The notes below the pieces were generated by a model that was given only the letters and a program-made list of their open reading frames with translations, was not told the DNA's origin and did no database searches. From contig NC_068988.1 in the NCBI RefSeq assembly GCF_001194135.2, positions 92,032,459 through 92,096,458 of the forward strand: DNA of 64,000 nt, read 5' to 3'. The position numbers and the translations under genes were made by a program. Each line of letters starts with the position of its first letter. Within the stretch, counting starts at the first letter, position 1. This document shows, piece by piece, positions 1 through 13,489 of this stretch. The DNA comes from Octopus bimaculoides. Taxonomy: Eukaryota.

Positions 1-1349
1 TTTCTCTTTATGCATCTTTGCATTGATAACCACTTGAACAGCAATGATAACCCCATAAACAGAAAGTCCAGTAGTTCAATGGTTCAGAGTGTAAAGACAT
101 GAAATATAGCAGCCTGGGGATCCATCCAGAGAATGATACATCAAGAAACCTTGACCAACCCTTGTCAGCATGGAAAACAAAAAGACATAAAAACGATGAT
201 CATGGTAATGATGATGATACAAGGAACACATGGAAGATTTTTTTGTTAGCTTGAGATTAATCATATTGTTTACAATTAATCCTTAGTAACATAACTGAAA
301 TATTTTCAATCTCCATTTTCATTCTTGTCTCACATCTTAATGTTTCTAATGCAAGACTTGACATCTAAAACAACTTCTCTCACAATCAAAACAAACTATT
401 AATTATCAAGATCAATAATCAATATAAGGTTTTTTTATGTATGTACATTTATTAATATTTACATATAAACATAATGCACGCATACATTAAATCATATACA
501 AAACACATATATTCGTTCACACTGCGTGTGTGCACGCACATGAGTGTGGGAGAGGGGAGAGAGAGAATGATGTAATTAAAGAAATTTAATTTCTGTGTGC
601 ATTTCCTTCCAATTTTACAGAACATGTACACAAACAAATCTGACACAACAAATTTGCCCTGAAAAAGAAGCCTAGGGACGAAACACAGTAACAAATCCTA
701 CTTATTGCCATAGTAGAAGTGTTCCTGCTAAACATTCAAATTTGTGTGCATGTGCATCATACAAACACAGATATACATACACCTACGCAAGATAGCAGAG
801 GCTTGTGCACTCACACTTATATAAACATACATACACAAGGACACTGTACTAAAAAATAAATTGTAATACAGTGTGAAAATTGACAGTATCTTAAGTAGCA
901 ATTTGGGGTTTTTGTGTTGACAGAACAGCATGTGCGCGCACACACTGGTTAAGACATAGTTGCATATATTTATAGACAATCATACTGCAACATACACACT
1001 CAGCAGCAATATAAAGAAATGTTTCATTGTACTTGTTCTTCATTCAAAAAAAAAAAAGATACATTTCAACCACTGATAAAGAACTACAAGGTAATTGACC
1101 AATGTGAGATATATGAAACAGACCACATATGGCCAAACAGACCAACTTGGAGGTAAATCTTATAATCTTTAATTTTGATTCATCTTGTCTCTGAGTTGAA
1201 ATGATTAGCTGATCAAAGGAATACTTTTGCATTTGTTCATGTGAGAGAAAAAAACAGAAATCCCTGAATACACAAGCTAAATAGACTTTATTCTATCAGA
1301 TAATGGAATAAACAGTGGTCATGAATATATGCAACCATTCCATAATGAA

Positions 1350-3375
1350 GAATGTACTATGTAAGCATCATAGTAAAAGGGACCCAGAGTTAAAAGACCA
1401 TCTGAAGAAGAAACTGTTTTGAAGCCGAAAGATCCCTTGGTTAAAAAAACGTAGATGTTGACACATGCTGAAGAGGAGAAAGAGACCCTATAATATAGAA
1501 GACAACTGAGTTTCTACGAGACAATCTATGCAGTACACAAGAGTTATAAAAACTAAGAGATGGGTCTGAAAAGAAGGGAAGGTAGAGTGCAAGGAATGAT
1601 ATGAAGGGGCTAGAAGCGAATTTAGATGTCAGGTATACTTAACAAAGAGAGAAATGGAAAAGGATTTGATAAGGATTCTGCACCAGGAGGCTTACAGATG
1701 TTGAATGTCCTGGATTGCAAAGCAATGAGCCAGTGTAAATCAGGGAGTTCTAAGTAGGAAAGTGATTATAGTGATACCCTCACCCTCTGTGGTGTGAAGA
1801 GAGAAGCATAAAAATGTTACTGCAAGAGGTTGCGAAGTGTGGAGAATATGTGACAAAGGGAAGAATCTCAAGTACGAAGACCCAACAGAGTGACCAGCTA
1901 CCAAAACTGACAAATAGGCATTAAGTATATGAAACCAGGGAAAGTAGCCAGACCATTAGAGTCATTGTGATGCTTGAAATATACAGAAAAGTAGGTTAGT
2001 ATAGGAGGGGGTCATTCCCAGTGACTATCATAGCAGTATAATTATGAACTGCAACCTGAGAAAAGGAGATACCCTAGAAAGGAATTATTACAGAGATATC
2101 AAACTAATCATGAAAGTAACACAAAGAATCGTAGTAAAACAAATTAGGAAGAAAATTACTGCAGATGAGACGCATTTGGGTTTGTACCAAAATGGTGAAC
2201 CACTGATGCTCTTTTTCTTGTGACACAACTTGAAAAGTTCTTCAAAACAGGCAAATTATTACACTAGCATTCACCGAGTTGAAGAAGACTTATGAGAATA
2301 CTTTGCTTTGTAGACTTTGTAAACCGAGGTGGAAATGACTGGCTTGTGAGAATCATTTACACAGTTGCTGTCAACAAAACGAAAAGTGGCAATGAACTCA
2401 GTGAGAAATTTGTGTGAAGATAGGCGCCTATCAGGAATCAGTCCCCAGCCAACTCTCTTTTACTCTACTTTTCCAGACCATACTGGCTACCCTGCCTATA
2501 TCCTGGTTCTCACAGCTGAAACTTGAGCAGAAATTCTAATTGTGGAAGCAAAACCTAGAATCTAAACATTTAAAAGTAAACCTAGTAAAGACAGAAGTTT
2601 TAGCTAGCAGGAAAACAAGACTAACTGCTATCTGATAAGTGACCATGCTCAACATGAAAACAGGGAATAGGTAGTAATTCTATGTAATAGACCCAAAATA
2701 AACTATAGGTGCACAAGGTGCATGGAATTACTAGCAGGCTAAGTAAAAAGGATTTTGTGCATAGCAGATGCACAGGAGTAGTTAGCAGTTAAATCAGCTA
2801 TGAAATAAATTCTTTCAAATATTGAGAGAACTTTTTAGAAATAGTTGATAGCTTCCATTACTTAGGTAAATTAATAGGCAATAGAGGTGGGTGTTCAGAA
2901 GCCATTGTAGAGAGAATAAGAATATAGTGGACAAAGTTTAAATCAATACTTTTTCTGCTAGCAAGAAGATTCACTTTCTCTTTCTGTGTGAAGACCATAC
3001 TGTCCAAAACTTGCATATGAAGTGCCATGTTGTATGGTAGAGAAACATAAGCATTAAAAACAGAGAACATAAAGCTGGAAAACAAAAATGGGACAAGAAT
3101 GTTCCTCTGGATGTATAATGTTAGTGTGCAAGAATGACTGAGCAGAAAAAAACTGAAGAGAAACTAGATATGTGCAAGAGAGGAGATTGGATTGGTAATA
3201 ACACTTGAAGAAAGAAGAGCAAATAAATCCAAGTGAAAGACCAAGAAAGATACAAGAAGTGGTGTAAACTGATCTCAGGAAACTGGAAATGATGACAAGT
3301 GATGAGACCGTGTCCTGAAGTAGACCTGTCTGATCTAAGCAAGCATGGGGGGGGGACACTTGAAATGATGATGAC
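1350..3375 (+). mobile_element. Decayed RTE-clade LINE (RT domain, C-terminus and (ATG)n tail)
   Basis: Translation across stops and frameshifts gives RTE RT motifs: GVIPSD (~2010), MKVTQRI and FGFVP-like (~2110-2190), HQGSVLSP-like (~2430), KQNLESKHLKVNLVKTEVL (2547-2603), EIVDSFHYLG (~2837-2867), SAMLYGRET (~3020). Ends in aaatgatgatgac at 3363-3375. 5' boundary approximate. Confidence 0.85.
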
Positions 3376-3388
3376 ACATATAAATATA

Positions 3389-3717
3389 CTGCATTTGATG
3401 GCTTATAAGATGCATCTTTTTTACCCAAAATGGCTTTAAAAATCCCCCTAGCGTCCAATGCACTCAATGTAGGCTCAAAACAGTATGTATGTTTACAAAA
3501 CGTGTGCTGCCATCTATTGGTGAACAAATGCCAACGGTATGTTTATATCAAATGTGCATGCAATAAATTGCTTATAATTACTAAGTAATAACAAAGCTAT
3601 ACAGGTAAGTGGAGGAATTAAAACATTATTTTAGTGGTAATTTATCTTACAAAAGTATAGCCTAGGCTAGGGTGCATCCTGTGTACGTGTGCATCTTATA
3701 GGGGCCATCAAATATGG
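3389..3717. mobile_element. Pogo/Tigger-type (Tc1/mariner superfamily) MITE
   Basis: Imperfect TIRs: ctgcatttgatggcttataagatgca versus reverse complement ccatatttgatggcccctataagatgca. TA on both flanks (3387-3388, 3718-3719). Confidence 0.75.
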
Positions 3718-3976
3718 TAATCTCTTTTATTAGGTTTCATTCATTGGACTACAATATATCGGGGTACCATCAAACCCAATACTCAATCTAATATTTATTT
3801 AAATATTTTTTTAAAAATCAAATAGCTAAGTTTTAATGTTTGTCAAAAAACAATACAACTCCATACACCATGTTCACTGATATACAAAAATTCCAGTATG
3901 TGTATGTATGTATGTAAATGAATTCTTAGAGAACTAAGCATGTTTTCAAATATTTGAAATGCAATGTATACCCTAA

Positions 3977-4155
3977 CCCTTTAGCATTCAGAGTATTCTG
4001 TCAAATGTAATGTTTATTTATTTATTCACATTGTTTTGAATTAATCATGCATCATCTTGCAGCTTTGAGATTTTCATGATACGATTGCTTCTTTTTAGAA
4101 ACACGCTGGTTTGAGCATAAAACAGGGAGATATGGCCGGTTTGAATGCTAAAGGG
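3977..4155. mobile_element. piggyBac-type MITE family A (internally deleted copy)
   Basis: Ends ccctttagcattca ... tgaatgctaaaggg, flanked by ctaa/ttaa. Internal sequence is shared with about 9 other copies in the window. Confidence 0.85.
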
Positions 4156-4343
4156 TTAAATATAATTTACCCCCTCAATGTGAAAAATAAATTAAGTAGT
4201 TGTACCAACTCCTGGCTTTCTATTTCTCTGTGGACACAAAAGAAAGAGATCAATATAAATTTTAGCTTTGTGAGACATTCAAAGTAAGTCAGTGTTTATT
4301 CAAAGATATATCTTATATTTCAAATTACCCAAAAACTGCTGTG

Positions 4344-4990
4344 TAGAGCACCATTGATTAGTTTTAAATCAACAGTGAATGCAATTAGTTATGCAAATTA
4401 GACAAACCAGTTTAGTTCTGACTGAGTTTGTAAACACTATAAATAGCTGTAAGCAAATAATTTCTGTGGACAGAAGATGGGTATTCTTTCACTAATGAAG
4501 GTCTAACAAGTACATATAGTACACATATCTGTGTACTTGTTAGACCTTCATCAGCAAAAGAGTCTCTCTATGTATCTAACCTAGTTAGCTATACAAAGAG
4601 ATAAAAATACTATGGCATATTGTTTCTGTAAACAAAGCATGAGGCTAAATCCATTATTTATTGAAAAAAGGTATCCCTTAATTTTCAAACTTTCCAATAA
4701 ATGTTATGTATGTAGTACACCATTAATAATTGATAAATCGTTGCCAATACAAGCATTGTTATGCAAATTAGAAAAATCAGTTCAGGTTGAGCATATTATA
4801 AATAGCTATAGGCTAATAATTATTTTGTGGATGGGAGATGGATATTTGGTTTTCAGATGAATGTTTATAAGGCTAGAAACTAACAAGACTGATTGCTTTT
4901 ATGTCCACAAAGTTAAAAACAAAGTTTGCAATGTTATAATTTTTTATCAAGTTGCATCTTTATTAAAAAAAGGTACACTTTAAATCACAC
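4344..4990 (+). repeat. Degenerate direct duplication with a local hairpin; possible old Penelope pseudo-LTR remnant
   Basis: 4344-4500 aligns by eye with 4711-4862 (shared gttatgcaaattaga, tataaatagct, agatgg). Hairpin arms 4492-4514 and 4532-4554 match 22/23. Confidence 0.5.
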
Positions 4991-6495
4991 AATTTTCACT
5001 TTACACACAAATGCACACTGATGGGCTTCTGCAGAATTTCAACCAACCAACTTTAACTTACGACATATTGTGCACATGTGTGTTGTGTGTGCATTTGTGT
5101 ATAATGGGTATATATTGATGTAAATACTTTGCTATCTCTAAAGTGTTGGTACTCAGCTGAACTTGGCCATTCAATAAAATGACTACCAAACATAGTACTT
5201 GACTAAAATCTCTAACATGGTCACCACCCTAAAACTGACTCTAATAAAATATATTAATGACATCATGGTTTCTAAATTTAAGTACAAAGCCAGCAATTTC
5301 GAAGCAAGATGTTTTATCAATTACACTGACCCTATTATTTCACTAATACTTTATTTCATCAAACCCCCATAAAGATTAAAGGCCAAAGTGACCTCAGCAG
5401 AATTTGAACTCAAAACACTAAGAGCCAAAACAAATGCCACAAGGCAGTTTTTTTTCTGACACTCTGCAATGAAATAACATATAAAAAAAACTGGGTCAGA
5501 TAGCTGTGGTGGTAGTGGTGTGTCAGCACTGAAGACTGTTTTCAAGGTGTGTTTCTTGAGGAAGTTAGCTATGATGAAATTACTTCTGTTCAAGCTATAT
5601 TTCACAAAAGAAGCTAAGCTCACACTACAGTTTAACAACACTCATTAGTTTTAGAGTACTGCCTCTGCTCGCAATGACACACCACGTCTGTGGTACCTAT
5701 TTATTGGATCGACTAAAGTCATTTGTCCTAGACTAGACTATATAATGCTGGTAACAAGATATACAAACCACTGCAATTTTGGTGACCACACATGCGTGCA
5801 CGCTCATGCATGTTCCTAATAACACTTCTTCACAGACAGAAAAACAAAATGCAGAAGAAAAAAATACCTATGTCCTTCATTTATCTTAAATGTTACTAGA
5901 GAAAAGGTAAACTATATTTAGGTCTATTATATTTTCTTTATTGTATTCATTACTGATATAAATAATTATTGCTATTCATAAAGACACAGACTTCTCAGTC
6001 TTTAAACAGCAACAGTAATTCACTCAAGAAAAACTAAGTCACACTGCCATTACATTTATTACAGGATCTATGGAAAAAAATGTATTTTAACACAACATCA
6101 AAAAGATATGATTGTGACTGTGTGTGTATTATGTGTATATTATAAATATGTACGTTTGTGTACTAGAATAAATATGTATGTGTATAAACACACACATTTG
6201 TATATAAATAAACATACATACATATATATAAAACTAAACTAATATATATACATATACACACATACATATATATATGTGTGTGTGTATAAATGCATGTATG
6301 TGTGTGTGAGGCTGTGAAAGGTTAATACATTTGAGCCATTAATAGAAAATACTCCTCAAATGAAATTCTACTTGTTTATCAAACAAAATTCTTATAACAT
6401 CCCTTCATCCATTTTCTCCAAATTTCACCTTATTTTTCCCTATCAGTGTGTATGTTATGGAGCAAATGATGAATTAAATATTTGAGATGATGATG

Positions 6496-6498
<3 letters not shown>

Positions 6499-6576
<78 letters not shown>

Positions 6577-6770
6577 CGTAGCTTGCTAGTGTGAAGTGAG
6601 GACATGTAAAGAAGTAGCTAGCTAGGGACATGAGGTGAAATGTTCCCAACAGAGTGAAGAATATCTAGACAGGTAGACACAACTCTTGATTCTTCATGTA
6701 GCAATGCTTGATAGAAATCAATAAGGAAAGCAGATCAATAATAACAAGCAGCTGAAGCCCCTGCCTGCAT

Positions 6771-6829
<59 letters not shown>

Positions 6830-6847
6830 TGTGTGTGTGTGTGTGTA

Positions 6848-6882
<35 letters not shown>
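6499..6882. repeat. (AG)n and (TG)n microsatellites
   Basis: (AG)n at about 6499-6573 and 6772-6826; (TG)n at about 6827-6882. Confidence 0.95.
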
Positions 6883-6886
<4 letters not shown>

Positions 6887-6899
6887 GCCTACCATACAC

Positions 6900-7096
6900 A
6901 GCAGCTACTTCACACACTCCAACAGCCAGTCAAAGCAACTTTCTAGCTGGCACACCTATTGCTGCCACAACTGCCACTACTATTAATGCTGTTACCACCA
7001 CTACTGCTAATGCTGCCACCACCACCATCACCACCATTACTACAACTACTGCTACCACCACCACCACCACTGCTGCTGCTACTACTACTACTACTG

Positions 7097-7129
<33 letters not shown>

Positions 7130-7476
7130 GTGTGACATCGTTAACACCACCACTACCATTATTACTACTGGCATCAATACCACTTTTACTGCTATCTCTA
7201 CCACTGCCCTTACTACTACCACCACCACCACCATTACTACTAATACTACTACAACCACCACCATCATCACCATTGTTAACATGACTACTACCATGTCCAC
7301 CACTAATACTGCTGCTGCCATTGTCACCACAGCAACATCTAATACCACCTCTACTGTAACCACAGCTTCCACTATACATCTACTACTACCACCAGCACCA
7401 CACAACTGCTGCCCTGACTACTATCACAACCTCCACAACTGCTTTTGCTACTGCCATTAATAGCAGCTATGGCTCT

Positions 7477-7529
<53 letters not shown>

Positions 7530-7625
7530 TTAATACTACTACCACCACCACCACCACCACCACTGCAACCACTTTCCTCTCCACCACTTGTTAGCAAGCT
7601 CACCTCTCTACCACCACCACCATTA
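6900..7625. repeat. Low-complexity (ACC/ACT)n trinucleotide region
   Basis: Runs of acc/act, with a pure (ACT)n at about 7478-7528. Source of the Thr-, Val- and Ser/Gly-rich ORFs in the track. Confidence 0.9.
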
Positions 7626-8449
7626 TCAGGTCAATACTATACAACCTTGTATGCCACTGGATTATTTTATAGAGCTCTGGGTGTACTTCAGTTGAAGAAA
7701 GAGAGAGTGAGAGAGAGAGAGGGAAACAGAGACAGAGAGAGGCATGAGAGAGAAGCAAATGCAAAACAAGTGAGGGAGAAAGAGTAAGGTGAAAGCAGAA
7801 CACAGCTCTTTGGTGTTGACAGTATTAACAAGAACAGCACTAAGTAATTAACTTTCTTACTGTAGACTATAATACCTTAAAAAAAATAGCCTGAGTTAAT
7901 TAAAGAGTATAGAGAAATCTAGAAATGTGTAAAAAAAAATTTGCATAATAAATTAAAAAATTTTTGCAAAATTAAAAACTATTAAGCAAAACATCATCAC
8001 CCAAAAGAACTAGACAAAATATACAAAAAATACAGAATAGGGATTTAAAATTATAAAAATATATATTTTTTGTATTAAGTTAACCAATCAAGTGTCTTTG
8101 ATTCAAATATATGTAATCATTGTAGGTTAGGTAAGCAACTGGACATGGATCAGAAAAAAAAATACTCTTGAGATACAACAGTTGTTTGATAAAATAGTAG
8201 CAAATTTGGTTATTATTCAGTTGGATCTGCGGGTTTCCTTGATTGGCGCTAGCTTGAGATTCTCCTGCATCACTCATGTGGTTCACATACTTTGTATAAC
8301 TATATATACTTTTATCTCATTTCACTGTCTTTTCCCTTTCTTTGCTCTCATCTTTTACATAAACTTCCACACAAATTGTAGACTGCCCCTTGTGATGTCC
8401 CCCTCATCTATGCCCCTGTGGCAATTTAAAAGAAATCATTGTCATTATT

Positions 8450-8820
8450 ACTTGCAAGCTGGCAGAATCATTGTATTTTTTTTGGGGGGGGGGGGGAACT
8501 TTGAGGCATTTGTTCCAATTGTTTACATTCTTGAGTTCAAATCTCACAGAAGCCAAATTTGCCTTTTGGGGACAATAAAATAAAGTACCTATCTAAGAAC
8601 TGTCATCAATAGTATTAACTAAAGCCCTCCTCTCAAAATTGTTGGCCTTGTATTAAATCAGAAACTACTATTATTATTATAAAGGTCGTGACCTGGCACA
8701 ATCGTTAGTTAGCATGCTGGGCAAAGTGCTTAGCAGCATTTCGTCCAGCTGTATGTTCTGAGTTCAAATTCTGCCGAGGTTGACTTTACTTTCCATCCTT
8801 TCAGGGTTGATTTAATTTGT
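8450..8820 (+). mobile_element. Two adjacent copies of tRNA-derived SINE family C (gctggcagaatc...ttctgagttcaaat...)
   Basis: agctggcagaatc head at about 8457. Second copy carries ttctgagttcaaattctgccgaggttgactttactttccatcctttcagggttgat, the same module as the 57-59 kb array. Confidence 0.7.
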
Positions 8821-8992
8821 GGAACTCAAGTAATATACATCTTAATCTAATTCTCAAGTTACACAATACCATAAGTTGTGACACCCCCCACCCCCAATGG
8901 AATCATAAACCACAATGGATTCATATATACAATTAATCTGAGATATACTCCCAAAACAAAAATCAATAATTTGAGTTAAAAAGTTGTAAATA

Positions 8993-9888
8993 CAAGTTAT
9001 CAATAAGTATCTGGACTGTTGCCATAGTAACGAAGCTAAAGCACGCAGAGTGAAGCCGCTTGGCAAAGATTGACCTTGAAATCTGCTGTGCGTGTGTACT
9101 AAGTTTTAATGCCCTAGCTCACTTCCACTGTTTACAGCAGTGCTTGCAAGGAAGGTGTGTAGTGTGTGATTGTCACAGTGATCATGACAGAGAAAGTTGT
9201 CATGGTGATACCTGCTCAGAGGCCTACGCAGAGATGCAGAAAGTGTATGGAAAGGAGTGTATGAGCCACACACAAGTGTACGAGTGGTTCAGACGTTTCC
9301 AAGATGGTCAAAAACGTTGATATTGGGGAACGTTCTGGGAGACATGTAACCAGCAGAACTGAGAAAAACATCGCAGATTTGCATACAGTCGTGAGGGGAA
9401 CTTGTCGAATCACCATCCTTGAGTTTTCAGAGGATGCACAGATTATTTAAGGTTTATCAGAGGAGGCACAGATTATTTACGGTTCAGTTCCCTCCATTAT
9501 CACTGATGATTTGGGTATGAGATGCATGCCTGCCAAGTTTGTGCCAAAATACTTTCAGCTGACCAAAAAGACATTCAGGTTTCAGTTGCGCAAGACTATG
9601 TTGAAAACAATAAAAAAAAAATTTTAAACCTTGCATAGGCCTCTGAGCAGGCATCACCAAGCTTTAGGCAAAATTTGATGGAGATTCTCTGCTATGATCA
9701 ATGCAACGATCACACGCTACATACCTTCCTTCGAAGCCCTGCTGTAAACGGCAGAAGTGAGCTAGAGCGTTAAAACTTGGTGTGCATACACAGCAGGGGT
9801 CAAAGTCAATCTGTGCCAAGCAGCTTCACTGTGTGCTTCAGCTTCATTACTATGGCAACAATCCGGATACTTATTGATCAGACCACAT
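8993..9888 (+). mobile_element. Mariner derivative with about 240-bp long inverted arms (left end duplicated as right end)
   Basis: The N-terminal transposase helix-turn-helix is readable (GDTCSEAYAEMQKVYGKECMSHTQVYEWFRRFQDG). 8993-~9235 is the inverted copy of ~9630-9888. Terminal motif atcaataagtatc(t/c)gga is present at both ends. Confidence 0.85.
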
Positions 9889-11380
9889 GACAGCCCAGTG
9901 GCCATTCCCATGTATTGTTGGCAAAAGTGTGTAAGCAGTTAAAAAAACAGGTTTATTTTTAGCTAGCTCCTTAAGGAAGTGGGTTAGTCTCAAACATATT
10001 ATCAGGACAATTTTACAATCACTCACTATTCTTCCCTTAGTTTTTTTTTTACATTTTTTCTAATCCAGCCAATCATTCCCCCCCCCCCTGCAAGCTCACA
10101 CATTATCTGCAAATATGCAAGGAGTTGAATACAACCAGCTACTTATAATTTAAATCACTGTACATGTTTGTGGGCAAGTTTGAATGTTGTCAGCCCCACC
10201 AAGTCAGTCCTGATCCAAAGCATTCCAGCTGTGAAAATCAGGTCTTATTTTATTTTCCAGACTACCTTTATACAATGTATTCTTCAAATTGGCTACAAAG
10301 GGAGCAAGCTTAACAACTACCCAGTTATTGACCAAATCCTGGGTCAGTAGTAATTAAAGCAGACCTACACTCAAAGGCAATCCAACAGTGATCACTCCCT
10401 TCAGTCATACATTATGTATCTGGGACTACACTATTCAATTGTTCATTTTTTCAAAAATGGTACAGCATTGATTTGAGGGAGATTTGCCTACTCTTTATAG
10501 TATATTAGGACAAACTCTTGTAAGATAAGTGTTTAAGTGTCTATGTGCAAGATTACACACATATGTATATAAGCAAGTATATATATGTATATATGTACAG
10601 ACATGTATATGCACACACACATACACACACACATATAAAACTACACATACACATATCTAAGTATAAACATATGTATATAAGAACACATAGTACATACACA
10701 GATCTCACCTCAGATGAAACATAATTATTTACTTTCATAAATATTTTATATAAACACTCAAAGCTTGCAAATATAACTGTGTATCTGTTTGCCTTTTTCT
10801 CAATGTAATGTTACAGTGACCTCTGCTTCTCTGAAAATGCTTGCACTCAGCTCCTAGGCTCCACATCAACCAGTATTTGTTCTCTCTACATACATGCACA
10901 CACATGCACACGCGTGCGTGCGCACACACACACACTACAGCTCAAATTTAAAAATTACCCTTCTTAACTGCATCATCTTATCTCTTCCCTATACTCTAGG
11001 AAACATTAAAAAAAAGAAGTTATGGGCACTGCTCGTCTGCCTCCCCTAATTATGAAAAAGTGCATATTTACAAAAGCTAGAACAGGGAGAGAGAGAGAGA
11101 GAAAGAGAGAGAAGGGGACAGAGAAGAAAAGGGAGAGAGAGGGGGACAGAAGAAAAAAAGAGAGAGAGAGAGAGAGAGAAGAAGTTTATGTAAGTGTGTG
11201 TAGGTGCACATAGGTTTTTTTAACTCCAGGTCAATCCTGATAGAACGGACTTATGATGAAAAAGTGTTCCATACTGTCTTTTTTCAAGACAATGGGGTCA
11301 TAATTTGAGAAACATTTAACTGTCATTTCTACCACATCAAACCCACACGTGAATGCTAGTTCATGTATGTATAGATTTAA

Positions 11381-11605
11381 CCCTTTAGTTATTCAAACTG
11401 GCCATATCTGGCCAAAATATTCTACCTGTTTTATAATCAAAGTGGCCAGATTTGGTTCCTCATATATATATCCTCCGATATCATCCTAAAAATTAAGCTA
11501 TATCTTAAAAATCCAAAAGCCATAAAATAATAATGCATGAGTAATTCAAAACAATGTCGATGGAGTAAGTATTACATTTGACAAATTAATCTAAATGCCA
11601 ATGGG
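11381..11605. mobile_element. piggyBac-type MITE family A (opposite orientation)
   Basis: TTAA|ccctttag ... aatggg|TTAA (11377-11380, 11606-11609). Confidence 0.85.
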
Positions 11606-12387
11606 TTAAGAAGTAGATGAAGTTCATAAAACAAGATTTTATATATTATAAAAGAAATTTGGCATTAGGTATTAACCTCAATAACAGATTCCCCTTGGTA
11701 TAGACAAGGTAAAAGAAGAAGGTAGCTTAAATGTTCTATGTCCACATCACATAAGCTACATGTTTTTATAACTATGTATTAATGTTGAAAGAGAAAGATC
11801 AAATGAACTAACCAACCTCTTGCTTCACTATCATCGTTTTTCTATATACACACACTCCTTTCTTCGTTTTATCTACAGCAATTCTAACAAGATAAACAAT
11901 CTCTCAAAAAATTACAAGCAGTCTGTGTCATCTGGCAAAAATTATCATGTCAACGTCGTACATTTGGATATGCTCTTATACCGTGCAGAAATAAGAGTCC
12001 CAACAATTTGACCAATGCCTTTTGCTGGACCAAGATCTTTGTCTCCCACACGAAACTGGCTATTTCAAATTTATATACATCTTAAAATCAACTTTCATTT
12101 GATAATACACACACAAAAACAATTAAATCAAGGATTAGTCTCCCTCAAAATGTCAGGATCCTTCCCTCCTACAGAATACTGTTTCAAAGATAAGAACATC
12201 TTAAAATTAACTGCCATTTGAACACACACACACAATAAAATCAAGTGCTTCATTGACTGATTATTATCAACTTATAACAATTAACAACTAATTATAATAA
12301 TTAACTAAAATTACATTACTTTGGGACAATTTATAAGAATAGTAAGCAAAAAGTTTTACTTTTACAGCCTCTACCATTAAGTATTAA

Positions 12388-12590
12388 CCCGTTTGCATTC
12401 AAACTGGTCCATATCCAGCCCAAATATTTTACCTTGTTATATGTTCAAACTGACCAGATCCAGCCTCTTATACTTACCCTAAAATGTCATTCTAAAAATG
12501 AACACAAATCTTGAAGCTCTGAGATAATACATGATTAATTCAAAACAATGGAAATAAATAAGAGCTACATTTGACAAAGTAATCTGAAGT
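12388..12590. mobile_element. piggyBac-type MITE family A, one end lost
   Basis: TTAA|cccgtttgcattcaaactgg. Internal sequence is colinear with the 11381 copy; the far TIR is missing. Confidence 0.75.
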
Positions 12591-13489
12591 AGCATACCAA
12601 AACGCAACATTACAAATTTCTTTATATATTCATTAGATTGAGCTGAATTGCTGCTAAGAAAGTGGTTCAACTTTGTCATATGCACCATTTTGTGTCTTAA
12701 CACAATGTACTTATTTATGTTCCCATATCAGATGAAGATGTATTAAACTTAGTTTGAAATTATAAAGGGACATAAATTAATAGTTGCTCCCAGGTCCAAA
12801 AAAAAAAAATTTTTTTTTAAAGGCATGTATTTTAAAATGAAAAGCTTTAAAGTGATATGTGAGATCAGATTTCATTTCAGGCCTCACAAATAAAAGGCTA
12901 TAAGATTGAGATGCATGATGAAAAACTGTACAACAAACTTGTCTAACCCATGTCAGAATGGAAAGTCAGTTGCTGAAATGATGAAGATATATCAAAAGTC
13001 ACAAACATTTCATTCACTTTCACCCAAAATCCACCTTCATCTAATGCAATGTAATTTTAGTAATGGATAAACTAAATGAAGAAATCACGAATCGTTTATT
13101 TTGAATCCATTTTTCCATGCTAGCTTGGGTTAGATAAATGCATATTATTTGAGGTATTATCTTACAACTGGATTACTTTATACACTGATAATGTCAATAA
13201 ACACTACCAGTTTTAGCTCAATGCTTTCAGGTGGTGGCAGTGCTGAGTGTCAACATTCACCAGGACAGACTCCACACATACACAATGGACTTGCATGCAG
13301 TTTAGGTCTACCGAATCCAACTTCAAAGGCACTGGTCAGTCCACAGCTAGAGGAGAATACACATGCCCATGGTGATGTGCAGTGAGATAGAGCAAGAGTA
13401 AATCATAGCAAAGCAAACTCTGTATCCAGCTGTCTCTCTACACCCACACATCTATCTATCTCTTTTACCTACATACTGTCTGTTTATAT

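Noticed and set aside
6853-7587. Thr-rich (143 aa, +) and Ser/Gly/Val-rich (-) ORFs resembling mucin-like or low-complexity proteins
   Set aside because: Products of (ACC/ACT)n repeats. The Ser/Gly frame is broken by a stop and switches to poly-Val, and there are no convincing splice boundaries.
10261-10342. Plus-strand exon candidate with a strong acceptor (ttattttattttccAG)
   Set aside because: The minus strand resembles a decayed L1/Tx1 segment (WKNKIRP..SWNAL..LGG), which explains the composition; the donor is weak.
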